Shown: positions 24,701-36,899, numbered from the whole stretch's first letter. The stretch: DNA of 60,749 nt, filler included, from Rhizaria sp. SCN 62-66 (GCA_001724265.1; 2 parts of 2 records of this genome joined end to end with filler, not necessarily neighbours in it); one strand, 5' to 3'. Notes: generated by a model not told the origin, from the letters alone. Translations and numbers: made by a program.

Positions 24701-26971
24701 GCGCCAGCGTCGTGTCGACGCAGTACGTGGTGCGGTTTGAAGTGCCGAAGCCGCAGGTGTTCTGAGAGCACACTGGGTTCCACGAGCTCGAGTCGGTGCA
24801 TTCGATCGGCGCGAATGAGGCGGCCGCACCCGAGCTCTGCATGACGACGGAGTTGGGGTAAGACAGACACTTGTAGCCGCACGTGCTCGAGGGCTTGCAA
24901 GTGCCGGCGTTGGCGGGCTTGGTGACGAAGTTAGCGGGACACAGTGTCGCGGCGTCGATCTCGGCTCCCGTGGCGGCGCTGACGCAGGCGAGCGTTGCGG
25001 CCGGAATCGCGCTCTCGACCTCGGTCTCGTTGCAGCCCGCGGGGCAGACCAGGAAGTCGTCAGAGCAGGCGGTGAAGGCCCCCGCGGGGGTGCGGCATTG
25101 CCAGCTGCCGCAGCCCGAGGTGACTGGGACGAGCGCGGGCAGCGCTGGGAGCGCGACCGAGCACGTACGCTTGGTGGCGGTGCTGAGCGAGACGTAGATG
25201 GGCGCCACAGACACGTCGGCGCACTACTGGCTGGCGCCGTAGGTCGGCATGCCGCAGTTGTTGGCTGGAGGAAAGCCCGTGCTGCACGGGTAGTAATCGC
25301 CTTCGCTGTTGAGGCAGGTGTACTCGCTGATGGCGATTGCGCTTTCGCTGAGGCTGTAGTAGCCGTTAGTCGTGATGCTGTTGACAGTAAAGGCGGCGAG
25401 CGCAGTGATGGCAATGCCGTCAAAACCTTCAACTTCGCCAAAAGACCGCACGGCGCGGAGCGAGAGCACTTTCGCGGCAACCGCGGGCCGGAAGGACAGG
25501 ATGTAGTAGAGATCATTAGGATCTTCAACAGAATTTTCAATCACTCCGGAAATATCGCACTTCGTGATGTCACTCAAGGAGGAGCCCGGCAGCATATTGA
25601 CAAACTCCGTCTTGATCGCGTTGCACAGCTTGATTTCCGGGGCGTCCCCCATGCCAATCACCTTGAAGAGCCACAAGGCCGTGGCGACGGGGTCCGTGAA
25701 GGGTTGCAGCACGGCCGGCGCGGTCGGAATCATGCTCCGCCTGCTCACGGCCGTGTTCGCGTTACTCACGCGCGCGTTCGACTGCAGCAGCAGCGACACC
25801 GCACCCGGGTCAGCGGCGTCGAAGTCTTGCGTCCGCAGCGTGAAGCCGGTGCACACGAGCGAGATCTGCTTGTCCGGGGTCACGTTCGTGGAGCTGGCGA
25901 AGTCGTCGAAGTAAGAGCGAGAAGCCGAGTCCGCGATGTAGGCCGTGTACATGCCGGGATACCCCGAGTCGATCGTGAGCGGCACGAGCGAGACGGTCGA
26001 CTCGGAGGGCCAGTGGGTCTCGCGGCCGCCGCGAATGTAGCAGGTGGGCACGTCGGTGAGGTAGTCGGGGTACGAAAATGAGATCTTGAAGCCCTCCATA
26101 CTGACGTCCGCCGCGGTGGAGTCGTAGAGGACGCGGGCGACGAAGCTGGCGGTGTCGCTCGCGGTGTCGAACACCAGCACCGCTGGCGCGTTGGTGAAGA
26201 GCACGGAGGGGTTGTTATAAAGGACCTCGCCCACGAAGGCCGCCGTCGTGGGCGCGCGGAGCGCAACGCGCACGTTGGCGGCGAGGTCGACCGAGTTCTG
26301 GGCCACGGTGATGGCCATGTAGGCGTCCGGCTTGACATCGCTCGCCACGGGGGGTGTGACGGGGATGTACGCTTGCTGTAGCAAGTTAATCACGTCAGTT
26401 GGACGAGGGAGAAACAAAAACGAGTTGTTTTGGGTGAGCGAGGAAGTGAGTACACAAGAATGCACAGGAGGTAGATTGAAAGAGGTCGCAATAAAAGTCG
26501 CCGAATTGAGCTGAGTTGAGTTGAGTTGAGATGAGTTGAACGTACGAAGGACTGGGAGCTGAGCATGGTCGCATTGAAGGTGACGACCAGAGAGGAAGAA
26601 TCGTAGGTGTAAAGGACAGTCGAGACGGTCCCGTCATTGAATGAGACGTAAACCGATTCCTAAGTGGCCTCCACAGTGTAGAGGTGCCCCATGCGGACCT
26701 TGAACTGGAGCGGAACGTCGTTGGCGAAGACGTCAGCGCTGCCGGGGCCCGAGGTGCGGTTCAGGTGGAGCCTGATGAACGCAAGCGAGGGCGAGGCCGC
26801 GGAAGTGTAGGGGAAGACACCGGTGAAGCTGACGAGGAGACTCTCCGCAAAGGCCGACTTGCCGAGGTTGTTGGGGAGGTCCGCGGCAGAGACGAGAAAG
26901 ATGGAGCAAAGCATGAAGAGGAAGACCGACTGCACCAGAAGCAGTGTCGGGCGACACCGCAGCGAAAGCAT
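21430..26971 (-). CDS. Type I cell-surface protein with signal peptide, Cys-rich TSP1-like repeats, EGF-like repeats, one TM and a short tail; exons 26971-26546, 26375-23778, 23611-23426, 23271-21430; in-frame TAGs at 26662, 25226 and 23223
   Basis: Signal peptide MLSLRCRPTLLLVQSVFLFMLCSIFLVSA; TSP1-like motifs (CSQNTCGFGTSNRTTYC, CTDACGSALKTRAARC); EGF-like motifs (CDCLGDWSGAAC, CVCPDAYTGDTC); TM IIVAVVVPVCVVLIIIAFIVCYL. Three phase-0 GT-AG introns; ends in TAA. Confidence 0.85.
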
Positions 26972-27814
26972 GCAGGGCAAGTCTAAGAAACACGCAAAAA
27001 GCAAGTCCAGAGAGGTAAAAAAACACACGTGAGGAAGAGAGAACCAGTTATCACGTTTGGAGCAAGTGGACATAGGGGACAGTTCGGAGGCAAAAAGTAT
27101 GCGGCCGCCGATTCTGATGTTGGATTGCGTTTTCAAGCACCAAAAAACAGTTGAAACAAGATCCGAAAAGAATGTTTTGGTAGATAAAGAGGTGATGTAC
27201 AGCCCGAAAGCCGTCGCTATCGCTCGCGTAGGGATATAGACGGTCTCGCGGGCTTGAGGTGAGTGCGCTTGAGGCGGATCGAAAGGGGAGCGCTTCTGAT
27301 TACAAAAGCAGAACCTCCGCACATAAACCACGTTTCCAAAAGAAATTTAAAAATTCAGTAAATTATTCACAGCACAATCTAACATATATTAGAGTAGCAC
27401 TGCGATTGAAGCACCGCTCGCCGATATCTAGCGTGCCAAAGCAGACGTTTGAACGTTTTACCTCTTACCACACGCGCCTGCACTAGAACTGGTCAAGTCA
27501 ACTGATAAGACAACATTTGACTGGCATCCAGCTAAGCCTCAAAGGACGACTCAAAAGTCGAGATATCGTGCGTTGATGGAAATATCAAAATGATTTTAGT
27601 GTATAAAATACGATTTATCAAGCGCCATTAAATCAGCACTCCTACTACTACACATGCCTTTTGTGCGCACGCACGCGTCCTACGTATCTATTACCGCGCT
27701 CACACAAAACAAAGCAAACAAACAACAAACTAACTCTCGCACGAATAACCTTCGCATATTATTATCACTCAACACACAGACACAGCAACAGAAGAATTGA
27801 CTTAGGGAGACTGT

Positions 27815-29595
27815 TTACTCGGGCACTGCTCCGTTCTCACCTTCCTCGGGCGCGGCGCTCTTGTCTTTCTTGTCCTTCTTCTCCTTCTTGTTCTTCTTGT
27901 CGTCCTTGTCCTTCTTATCCTTCTTGTCCGCCTTGGGGGCAGCGCCGTCCTCCTCCTCCTCCTCTTCCTCCTGAGCAGCGCCCGCGCCCGCGCCCGCGAC
28001 AGGCGTAGCGCCAGCGCTCGCAGCCGCACTCGCCGCGCCGGCGTCGTCGCTGGTGGAGTTGGCCGCGTCGCCCTCAAACACGACGGGCGCGTTCTCGTCG
28101 AAGTCCGCGTCCTCCTCCAGCGGACCGTGCTGCTGGTCGTCGTCGTCGTCGTCGTCGCTGTCGTCGTCGTCGCCGTCGGCCCCAGCCCCGGAGCCGCCGC
28201 GGCGGTTGACGATGTCGTCGTTGCCGACGGCGCCGTCGTCGTCCTCGAACAGGGCCGGGTTATGCGCGAAAAGCGCGCGGCCCGACATGGCAGCCTGGCC
28301 GCGCGTGAGCTTGTCCTTGCTCTTGGCGGCCTCGACGCGCTCCGTCTCGATGCGCGCAGCCTTCTCCTTGTCGCGCTTCTCGCGCCACAGCCGGAAGCTC
28401 TCCTCGGTGACAGGCGTGCACTTGGAGATGTCGAGCAGCTTGCGCTTGGCCTCGATCTGCTCACCGATGTCCACCTCCTCCGTCTTGTCGTCCATCTTCT
28501 TCTTGGCGACGAAGACGTAGCCTAGCGGCAGCGCGTGGCGGTAGTGGCACTTGACGCCGTTGGGGCACTCCCAGAACCAGCCGTAGTTGTTCTTCTCGAT
28601 CGCGTCGAGGAAGTACTTGCACACGATGTCGGTCGCGGGGAGCGCACCCTTCTGCTGCTGCTTCTGGCCGACGACCTGCTCCAGCTTCGCCTGGTCCCAG
28701 GAGTCGATGCTGTCCTTGAGACGAGGGTCCTGTGAGGGTGGTAACAAGGTAGAGATGAAAGGCGTGAGCGCAGACAGATAAATCGAGAGATACAGGTATA
28801 GAACGCAGCACGGGAACTAAATACAAAGAAATCGACTTAATACAGGTTGATATGAGCTCGCTAGAGAGTGTTGTGACCGATGAACGGACCTCGTAGATGT
28901 TGATCTTGGCGGACTTGCGCTCGTTGGTGGCGTCGTGGGAGAACTTGCACTTGTCACCGCGCGGGCAGCGGCCGTTCATGAAGTCGGGGCAGATGGTGTT
29001 CTTGGCCTCGATGGCGGCCGCCTTGGCCTCCTCCTTCTTCTTCTCGCTCTTGAGCGCGGCCTTGGTAGTGAAGAGGTTGCCGAAGATGGCGGCCTCCTCC
29101 TTGGCGCGGCGCGCGGCGGCGCGGGCCTCCAGGCGCGCCTGCTCCTCGGCTGCGCTCGAGCGCGAGCCCTGAGACTGCTTGGCGGCCGACTCGACGTTCT
29201 TGATGTACTCCTGAACCTTCTTCGACTTGTTCTTGTTCTTCATGCCGAAGGTCTTATCTTCGACGATCTGTGTGAGTAGTTGCGTATAAACAGGGGCGGG
29301 AGAGACGCGGCGGGCGGGGCACGGGGGAGAACAGGGTGTGTGGGACAAAAGACAGGGGCAAGGTGAGGGAGTGGAGAAACGGTGAGTGCGAATTGCAATA
29401 GAAAGCGGGCCAACGGGCGGGCGCGGCAGAGGGCGGAAGAGCGGGACGGGATGTGGCAGTCGGTGACGCGAAAGTCAAGTCGAAGCGCAAGAAAAAAGCG
29501 GGATAGAGCGATGCGGTAGCACGCGCGGGGGAATATTAAAGGCGGAGACGAACCTTCTGGACCTTCTGGGCGGTCGTACCCTTCTTAGGCGGCAT
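27815..29595 (-). CDS. ZC3H15: CCCH zinc-finger protein ZC3H15/Tma46 (DRG1 partner); exons 29595-29554, 29267-28890, 28729-27815
   Basis: MPPKK...IVEDKTFGMKNKNKSKKVQ, CPDFMNGRCPRGDKCKFSHD, TDIVCKYFLDAIEKNNYGWFWECPNG..CHYRHALP, TPVTEESF and MSGRALF are family hallmarks. Ends in TAA. Confidence 0.95.
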
Positions 29596-30414
29596 TGTCA
29601 AGTTACGGGCAGCGCTGCGAGCGGCGAAAGCTGAGGTCACCAGCAAGGCGGTGGTTCAAGATGAGAGGCTGCGCGTTGGATAATACAACGAGTGGAGCCG
29701 TCGAGGGAAAATAACCAGCGCGTACGGGACGGTACTAGGCTGGATGTGTATGTCTTAAGAGGTTATATCCCCAAAACACAACTCGAAAGCCTTCAGGGAC
29801 AAATCTAAGCTCGTCCTCAGAGTCTTTGGTCGGTCGGTCCGGGTAGTTCGACCAGTCTGTCGGTCAGCGCTGACCGTCACCGAAATTAAGCCGCCAGCCT
29901 GCGGACGGCTGACTGAGCGAAGCTGCGTTTCAATGCCTCAAGCACTGTGTTTAGCCGCCTAGCTTATACAGCTGGAGTATATTTTTTGATCTTTTATAAT
30001 ATCTGAGATCATGCTGTCTAAAACTTCCCAAAAGTGCTTTTTATATGAGATATTTGGTGTTTTGTTTCATATTCGAGTCAGCGTAGTTGCGCGCACAACG
30101 AGTAAAAGCACATGGATACATTTAATAACAGACGTATTTCAAATACTAAACAGTAATTTCATTCATAAACAACACTTATTCTTTGTAGACCACAAAATAT
30201 TATTCCAGATTCAAATGAAATCGCAGGAAATTCACAGTTATAGCGTTGACACATTTTCCGGTACATGGGGCAGATGGAGAAAGTCTCGAAGGATTCTTTC
30301 TATAAAGAATCAATTTCTGTTACCGTCGACATTCTGCATAAAATTCCAGTCGACAGCTTTTGCCGGTCGCGATTTAAAGGTGGCGTTTCTTGTGTATACA
30401 CACTTCGTTTTCCT

Positions 30415-30514
30415 NNNNNNNNNNNNNNNNNNNNNNNNNNNNNNNNNNNNNNNNNNNNTTAATTAATTAANNNNNNNNNNNNNNNNNNNNNNNNNNNNNN
30501 NNNNNNNNNNNNNN
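30415..30514. other. Artificial contig joiner: 44 N + TTAATTAATTAA + 44 N
   Basis: Symmetric 100-nt N block with a six-frame stop linker. The gene on the right is truncated at it and does not continue on the left. Confidence 0.95.
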
Positions 30515-31617
30515 CGCGCGAGCGCCGCCTCGCGCTCGGCAGCGCGGGCAAGCGCGGCGTCGCGCGCGGCCACGGCGCCGCGCAGCGCGGTGGCCTGCTC
30601 GGCCGCGGCGGCGCGTGTCTCGGCTAGCGTGCGCTCCAGCTCGAGCACGCGCGCGCGCAGCGCGGCGGCCTGCGCGAGCGCGGCCGCGGACGCGGCGGCA
30701 GCGGCGGCGCGCGAAGGCGCCAGCAGCCGCGACGACGCCAAGTCCGACAGCCGCGCCGCGGTGGCCGCCACGGGGCCAGAGTCCGCGGCGGCGCCGGCGT
30801 GCGTCTCACCGCCGCCAGAGCCAGTGATGACGCCGAGACTCGCGATGTCGTTCTCGTCGTCGTCATCGTCACCAGCGCCGTGGCGAACAGTGTTGGGTGC
30901 AAGCCGGCCGCCGCGCTGCGGTGAGAAGCCGCGCTAAGGCGAAAAGGCCTGCGACTGCGCCTTCCGCAGCTTGCCTGGGGCGGGCGAAGCCGCAGCAGAA
31001 ACAGCAGCAGTTGCGTGGCCGTGCGTGCGCGCGAAAGCGGAGGCAGGCAGCGGGTCCGGCGCAAGGCGCGAAAGACGGAGGTCGTCGCGCACACTCTCCG
31101 CGGTGCCCATGGCGGCCGCCGCGGTGCGCTGCTCGGCCCACGCGTGCACCTGCCTGAGAGTGCTCACCGCAGTCTCTGCCGCATCCGCGCCCGCGCCCGC
31201 GGCGGCGGTCGCGGCATCAGCTTCAGCGGCGGCCAACGCTGCGCGCGAGGCGGCGGACGCGGTCGGGGACGACGCCGCTGCAGCTGCTGAGGCAGAGGCA
31301 GCGGCTGCTGCTGCGGCGGCGGCACCGGCGGCGCGAGGAGACCACGAGTCGCCGTTGGAGCTGGTCGTGGGAGTCATGGGCGCGAGCGCGCGCGTTGACG
31401 TCGCAGTCGATGCGCCGCGGCTCGGGTGCGGGCCAAACATCGCGGTGCGCGCGCGGCGGTCGCGCTCGGCCTCGGTGACCTCGCCCACGGCCTGCGACAT
31501 GGCGACGCTGATGCGGGCCAGCGAGGCACGTTGCTGGGCGCGCAGGCTCTGCGCCGCGCGGGACAAGTCCTGCGCCAGCGCAACCGCGTCGGAGCGCTGA
31601 GGGGGGATCTCGTCCAT
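30515..31617 (-). CDS. Ala-rich coiled-coil protein, 3'-truncated by the gap; in-frame TAG at 30936-30934
   Basis: The 248 aa and 102 aa ORFs are in one frame, separated by a single TAG within FSP*RGFSPQRG. Heptad-like segment LRARVLELERTLAE. Start codon uncertain. Confidence 0.7.
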
Positions 31618-32097
31618 TGTGTGCGCGCCCCGGAGGGCTGAGCTGAAAGGGAACCCGCCTGCTGGCGAGACAGGATCCAAGTGCTGGGAAATACTCTGGT
31701 CCCAGTCAAACGAGCAAGATAGTTAGCAGTGTCAGGCGCACGCTAGACACAACCTATGCAAAACAATTAAAAGAGAAAAAATTTGATAACTTAGAAATTC
31801 ATTTAGTAACTTTGCATTCACTCTGGACGATTACGATGTTCACTTGGTTTGAATTTTAATTGATCGTTTCTCGACACACACCCCAACGGGTCGCCACAAT
31901 CGCATGACAAGCGCAGAGAGGCGAAACGATAGAATAAGTTGAAGCAGTGCCAAGAAAAATGAATTTTCACACAAGTCTGTATTATGTTCCATAAGCCATG
32001 TCGAAGTACGACCTCGCATGTTTTACCAGTCCAAATGTGTCTTATACAAGTCGCATATGTGGCCAGTAAAATGGATTCACGATAACACAATGCGCGC

Positions 32098-33386
32098 TCA
32101 AGCGCTGTTGATGTCGGGCACGACGCTGTTGTAGTGCGCGCCGAGCGCGCATGCGTGCTGGTGGAGCGCGAGGTGAAGCTTAGCGCGCTCGGCGGGCCCG
32201 TCGCCGGGGACCGTGATGGCCGCGCCCTGGGCCTGGTGGACGACGATGTCGCGGCCCAACACCGCCGCCAGCGCGCTCAGCTCGGGCTGCCCGCCCCACT
32301 GTACGTCGCCGCCCGCAGCGCCCGTGTTGGCCATCGCGGCGAAGTATGCATCCGCGTCCTCTACGCATGGCGGCACCGCAGAGAGTGCAGAGCAGATATG
32401 TGATGAGAGTCGGAGTAGTTCATGTGAAGTGTGTTGTGCGAACATAAAATAAAGAGAGAAAATGCAAAATAAAAGCAGGTGGGCAAATTAATCCAGAACG
32501 TAGAAAATCGCAAAATAGTCTTAAAACCAATGAAACACGATACAAACGCGATGGCTCGAAAATGAGTCTGCGTACCGACGGGGTCGCCATCGGCGGAGAT
32601 GAGGAAGGGCGCGAAGTCGTCCCTGTGCGCGCGCATGTGCTCCACAGCGGCCGTGCGCAGCGCCGCGGCGTCGCGGAGCCGCGTGGCGGCGCTGGCGTCG
32701 CCGTCGTCGTCGGCCGCGTGCAGCGCGAGCTGGTCCGCGATCGCGCGGAACATGCAGTGGCCGTCGGCGCGCACCTCCTTGATGCGCGGCGCGCAGCCCG
32801 CGAAGGAGCCCTCAAACGCGACCTGCGCGGCCAGCTTCGCGGCGAGCGCGGCGAACTCGAGCGCACGCTTGTCTGGAAGCGCGGCGGCCTCGGCTGCGAG
32901 CGCGCGCTCCGCCTCGGCCTCGCGGGCCTCGCGCGCAAGCGCCTTCTTCTTCTGCTTCGAGATCTCACCGGAGCGGTCCGCGTACATGCCGCCACCCACG
33001 GCCGCCGCCGCGGCGCCGCTCTCCGCGAGAGCAGCAGCACCGGGCGCGGGCGCGGCCTCGCCGGCCTCGGCGAGACGGAAGGCGGTCCACTGCGCCTGCA
33101 GCGCGGCCATCGCGGAGGCGTGCGCGACCTCGACAGCCTTTTCCTGATCCTTGAATGCCTTGCCCTTAGCGGTCTTCTTCAGCTCCTACAGGGGCGCGCA
33201 ACGACGAAGAGTAAGCGGTCGAAGTGGATAGCGATGAGCAACGTGTTTACATTCATGGGTGGGTCATGCTGTGTGTGAACTGGAGGAGTGTTAGCGTACC
33301 TTAAGCTCCTTCTCCTGGCGAGCCTTGAGCTGGTGAATGGTCTCTGAAGGCTTGGAAACGTTGTGCGTGACCTCTGTGTCAGACAT
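32098..33386 (-). CDS. OTUD6B: OTU-domain deubiquitinase, OTUD6B/Otu2-like; exons 33386-33300, 33185-32576, 32360-32098
   Basis: N-terminal ARQEKELKEL motif; catalytic motifs IKEVRADGHCMFRAIADQL, WGGQPELSAL and LGAHYNSV. Introns keep frame; ends in TGA. Confidence 0.9.
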
Positions 33387-33864
33387 TCTGTGATAGATCA
33401 AGCGTTGTTCCGGTTGGGTGATGATGTGGTGGCACGAAATAGTGGAGACAGCACAGTTGATATGAGCAAGATGCGAAGAGGTGTAGGGACACAAACTTCA
33501 TGTTTTGTTTGAAATCATTTTAGTATAAAGTGTTGATACAGTTCTATTTTCGCAAAACACACAAATTATCCCTATCTACGATCAGACCTGCGAGATATAT
33601 ATAATTCAATCCAGAGACTGGATTGGAGGGTAAGGAACAAACGGAGGGAAAGACGTGGTCTTTATCATATAAACCCTCAAGGAAAGACAATAAGCGGATT
33701 GGTAGTGTATTGTCCAAACTATTATACACAGGTGTCTGGCCATTTTATCGCATGCATGCGTCCTTAAACAGAAGCATTCCGCAAAACCGCCCCTCTGGAG
33801 CAGGCCGCGGTGCTTTGGCGCCCAGCGTTTGCTCTCACCCTTGTGTTGCAGCGCAGCTGCGCTC

Positions 33865-34662
33865 TCAGTCATTCATGGCGGCCTCGGCGGACTGCGCAGC
33901 AACCTGTGCGGCGGCGTCGCAGACCGCGCTGCTTCCGCCGTTGAGCGCGAAGGCCTCGGCGACGTTGAGGATGGCGGCCATGGACTCTGCGCCGAAGCGC
34001 TGGCGCAGCGAGTGCTGCACGTCGGCGCGCACCGCGCGTAGGTCCGTCAGCGCCACGCGCACGCGTCCGTCCGCAGAGAGCTCGTACACCGGCGCGCGCA
34101 GCGGGTTTTGCGGGCGCTCGTACGCGCGCTGCTGCGCCTGCACGAGGCGCTGCGCCTCCGAGGCGGCCTGGTCGGCGAGCAGCTTGTCCTGGCGAGCGCG
34201 CGCGGCGTCCTTGCCGCCGAGCCCGGTCAGTCCGGGCCGCTGCAAGGTCGCGCGCGGGCCGGATCCCAAGGAGGACTTGTTTTTGTGCGCCTTGCCGCCG
34301 CTCGCGGGCAGGGGCGAAGCCGAGGACGAGGATGAGGAGGAGGACGAGGACGAGGAGTCGTCGCTGATGATCTCGTGCAGCTCGCCGTCGTTGACGTAGG
34401 CCATGTTGCGGGGCTTCTTGCCCGGAACGACAATGGTAATCTCCTCGGGCTGACGGCCCGAGTCGGTGGAGGTGACCGAGAGCCCGTGCCTCTCCTGGTA
34501 CTCGTTGAGCAGCGTGATGTCCACGAACGACGCCGCGGGCTCCCAGGTGTTCTCGCTAGACGGGTAGCCCTGCCACTTGACGAAGTACAGCATCTCGCCG
34601 CCCTCCATCCTGTGCTTCACAATGTCCTCGATGACGTAGACAACCTGACGCTTCTTGCCCAT
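33865..34662 (-). CDS. Chromodomain protein (HP1/CBX-like N-terminus)
   Basis: YVIEDIVKHRMEGGEMLYFVKWQGYPSSENTWEP is a canonical chromodomain with the Y/W/Y aromatic cage. Ends in TGA. Confidence 0.9.
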   Translation of the reverse strand: MGKKRQVVYVIEDIVKHRMEGGEMLYFVKWQGYPSSENTWEPAASFVDITLLNEYQERHGLSVTSTDSGRQPEEITIVVPGKKPRNMAYVNDGELHEIISDDSSSSSSSSSSSSASPLPASGGKAHKNKSSLGSGPRATLQRPGLTGLGGKDAARARQDKLLADQAASEAQRLVQAQQRAYERPQNPLRAPVYELSADGRVRVALTDLRAVRADVQHSLRQRFGAESMAAILNVAEAFALNGGSSAVCDAAAQVAAQSAEAAMND

Positions 34663-34950
34663 CTCGAGTCTGCGGGGCGGAAAAGAAGGAAACAGAGCCA
34701 ACATTAGGACGGTGGACAGGATTAGCGCAAAGAGAAATTTCGTTGGGAAGCAGACATTTTCGAGAAACATAAAATTCATATATTGTACAAAACCACCATT
34801 TAAGTCTGTTGAATTTACACTAAAGCCCTCTGACGTTTCAGCTCGAGAGAATACTGAGAGTTTCGTTCTCTCTCGGCTCCTTGATCGGCAGCGCCAACGA
34901 TCTTCACGCGTCAGCCTCAATTCGCAACAACAAAAGCCCAAGCTGTTAAA

Positions 34951-35663
34951 ATGCCCCCTAAGAAGGCGCAACAACGCCCGGTGCTATCAGAGGAAGGTAT
35001 GTTTGCTATATTTCAATTTTACTTTCTAAGCCTCTTGTTTTGGCATTCATACTCTCACTCTTCGCTTACCCGGCCCGCTTCGCCTTCCTTGTTTCGCCAA
35101 CCACAGAGGTCATCTCGGCCTTCGACGCGATCGCATCGGGGTCTTTCGCACCCGACGCGTCCGCAGCAGTGCCAGCCGCACTGCGTGGCGCGCTGCGGCT
35201 CTCCCGCGGCGACGTGGCCGCCGCGGCGCGCGCCGTGCAGCTCGAGCTCACCGACGCCGCGCTGGACCGCATGATGCTAGTCGCCGCCGAAGTCACCGCT
35301 ACAGCCGAAACGGACTCGGGTGACGACGTGGCGGACTCGGGTGACGCGGACAGTGAGGGTGTGAGTTTTGCGGCGGTGGCTGCGATCGCGCGCAAGGCGC
35401 GTGTGCTGCTGCCGCCGGCTCCGGTAGCAGTTACTCGCGGCAGTGCCCGTGACTGTGCCCGTGACCGTGGGGCTCAAAAGAGCGGCGATACCTGTGGCAA
35501 GAGCAAGGGCTGGGGCACGAAGCGCGCGCTGGCCGACTCGGACGCCGACGCCGGCCAGGACTCTGACGCTGACGCTGCCAGCTCGGGCGAGGACGACGAT
35601 AGTGACGAAGACGATGATGATGACGACGATGATGACGACGATGATGAGAGCGAGGACGGTTGA
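34951..35663 (+). CDS. Small protein with degenerate EF-hand/centrin-like helices and an acidic tail; exons 34951-34996, 35107-35663
   Basis: MPPKK start; EEVISAFD...LSRGDVAAAARAVQLELTDAALDRMM...GVSFAAV resembles an EF-hand pair lacking canonical Ca ligands. Intron GTATGT...ACAG; ends in TGA. Confidence 0.6.
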
Positions 35664-35933
35664 GGACGTTGACACGAAACTAAATGATTGATAGGAAAAC
35701 GTGGTGTATTCGTGGGGTTCTTGTAATAGTACTTAAATAGGTTGGCGGGCCGCAGTCGTCACGTCATTAGCTGAACGTTGTTGTCACGTTTGTGACCGTG
35801 CGCATAATCTGCGAAGCAATGTAATGCAATGACACAGCGACAACGTACGATGAGCAGCGCCGCCGGCCCAGCTGTGGCCCCCACACCAGAGACAGATCAA
35901 GATGTTCACGACACGATGCGCCCCCTTGCGGCT

Positions 35934-36899
35934 TCAGAACAGCACGCCCGCGAGGAACCCCGCCGCGAAGCCGCCGACCGCGGGCGGGTCGCGCGCGAAG
36001 ACGGCCGAGGCGCGGCGCAGCGTCGCGTGCAGCCGTGAGCGCGTCACCAGCGGCCGTGTGATGCGTTCCCGCGGCTGGCCCGGCGACTGCGCCGGCGGCG
36101 GCCGCGACTCTGCCGACTGCGACTGGGATGGCTGAGACTGCTCGCTTGAGTCGGCAGCTGCGGCGTCTGAGTTGTTATCTGCGTTGGTAGTATCTGCGTT
36201 TGCGCCGGCACCCGCCGCGGGCGGCGAGTGCGCGAGCGCTGCGGCGGCGGCGGGCGGCGGCGCGGCGACCATGTCTACGACGGCGACGACGCCGCGCACG
36301 AGCGCGTCGAGCGCGTCCGAGGCCAGCCGCTCCCCGTGAAACCCCTCGATGTAGCCGGCGTGCGCGAGCAGCTGCACGCCCACGAGCACGGTCCCCGCGC
36401 CCAGCGCCGCGGACCGCCCCAGCGAGCCCACGGCAACGCCCGCGCAGTACCCCGCCAGCGCGGCCGAGGCGCCGCGCCACGCCGCGCGCTGCGTCTCGGG
36501 CCGCGCCGCCCAGCGGAACGCGGCGGACCGCGCGGCCGCCGCGCGCGAGGCCGCGGAACCCTCCAGCAGCGCGGGGTCTGCCAGGAAGCCATGCAGCGTC
36601 AGCAACGCGTTCGCCAGCCATGGCGCCGCCGTCGCGGCCGGGACGGCGTCCGCGCCCGAGTCGAAGGGCGCGCCGGAGACGGTCGCGAGCGCTGCCACGG
36701 CGATGGCGTCGCCCTGCGCGGCCGCGGCCGACCGCGTCAGCGGCGGCGTTGCTGTTGCTGTTGCTGGTGTTGTTGATGCTGAGACGCGCATGGCGGCGCC
36801 GGGCGTGCAGAATGAGAACTCGTACTCAGTGTCGTCGACGGGCTCCAGTACCGCGGGCGCCGGCGAGCCACCGCTGCTGAGGGAAGGAGTCGAGGACAT
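35934..36899 (-). CDS. FUN14-family protein (mitochondrial outer membrane type)
   Basis: GYCAGVAVGSLGRSAALGAGTVLVGVQLLAHAGYI and C-terminal GGFAAGFLAG match the FUN14 pattern. Ends in TGA. Confidence 0.85.
   Translation of the reverse strand: MSSTPSLSSGGSPAPAVLEPVDDTEYEFSFCTPGAAMRVSASTTPATATATPPLTRSAAAAQGDAIAVAALATVSGAPFDSGADAVPAATAAPWLANALLTLHGFLADPALLEGSAASRAAAARSAAFRWAARPETQRAAWRGASAALAGYCAGVAVGSLGRSAALGAGTVLVGVQLLAHAGYIEGFHGERLASDALDALVRGVVAVVDMVAAPPPAAAAALAHSPPAAGAGANADTTNADNNSDAAAADSSEQSQPSQSQSAESRPPPAQSPGQPRERITRPLVTRSRLHATLRRASAVFARDPPAVGGFAAGFLAGVLF

Noticed and set aside
26506-26540. (TTGAG)n pentamer array
   Set aside because: Simple intronic microsatellite without spacers; not CRISPR or telomeric.
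9253-27817. Ciliate-type code (UAA and UAG both Gln)
   Set aside because: TAA ends five genes, including conserved ZC3H15, with a shift to non-coding composition after it, and it never occurs internally in the gene models.
30011-30466. 151 aa ORF running into the gap
   Set aside because: AT-rich, unlike the codon usage of real genes here, and partly made of Ns.
18420-30936. UAG=Leu, pyrrolysine, or A-to-I editing to UGG (Trp)
   Set aside because: The poly-Q and FSPQRG contexts indicate Gln, and no pyl genes are seen. U-to-C editing to CAG cannot be excluded without RNA data.
33865-34662. Chromodomain as a chromoviral retrotransposon remnant
   Set aside because: The domain is N-terminal in a stand-alone ORF, with no integrase, RT or LTRs nearby. 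No mobile elements were recognised in the window.
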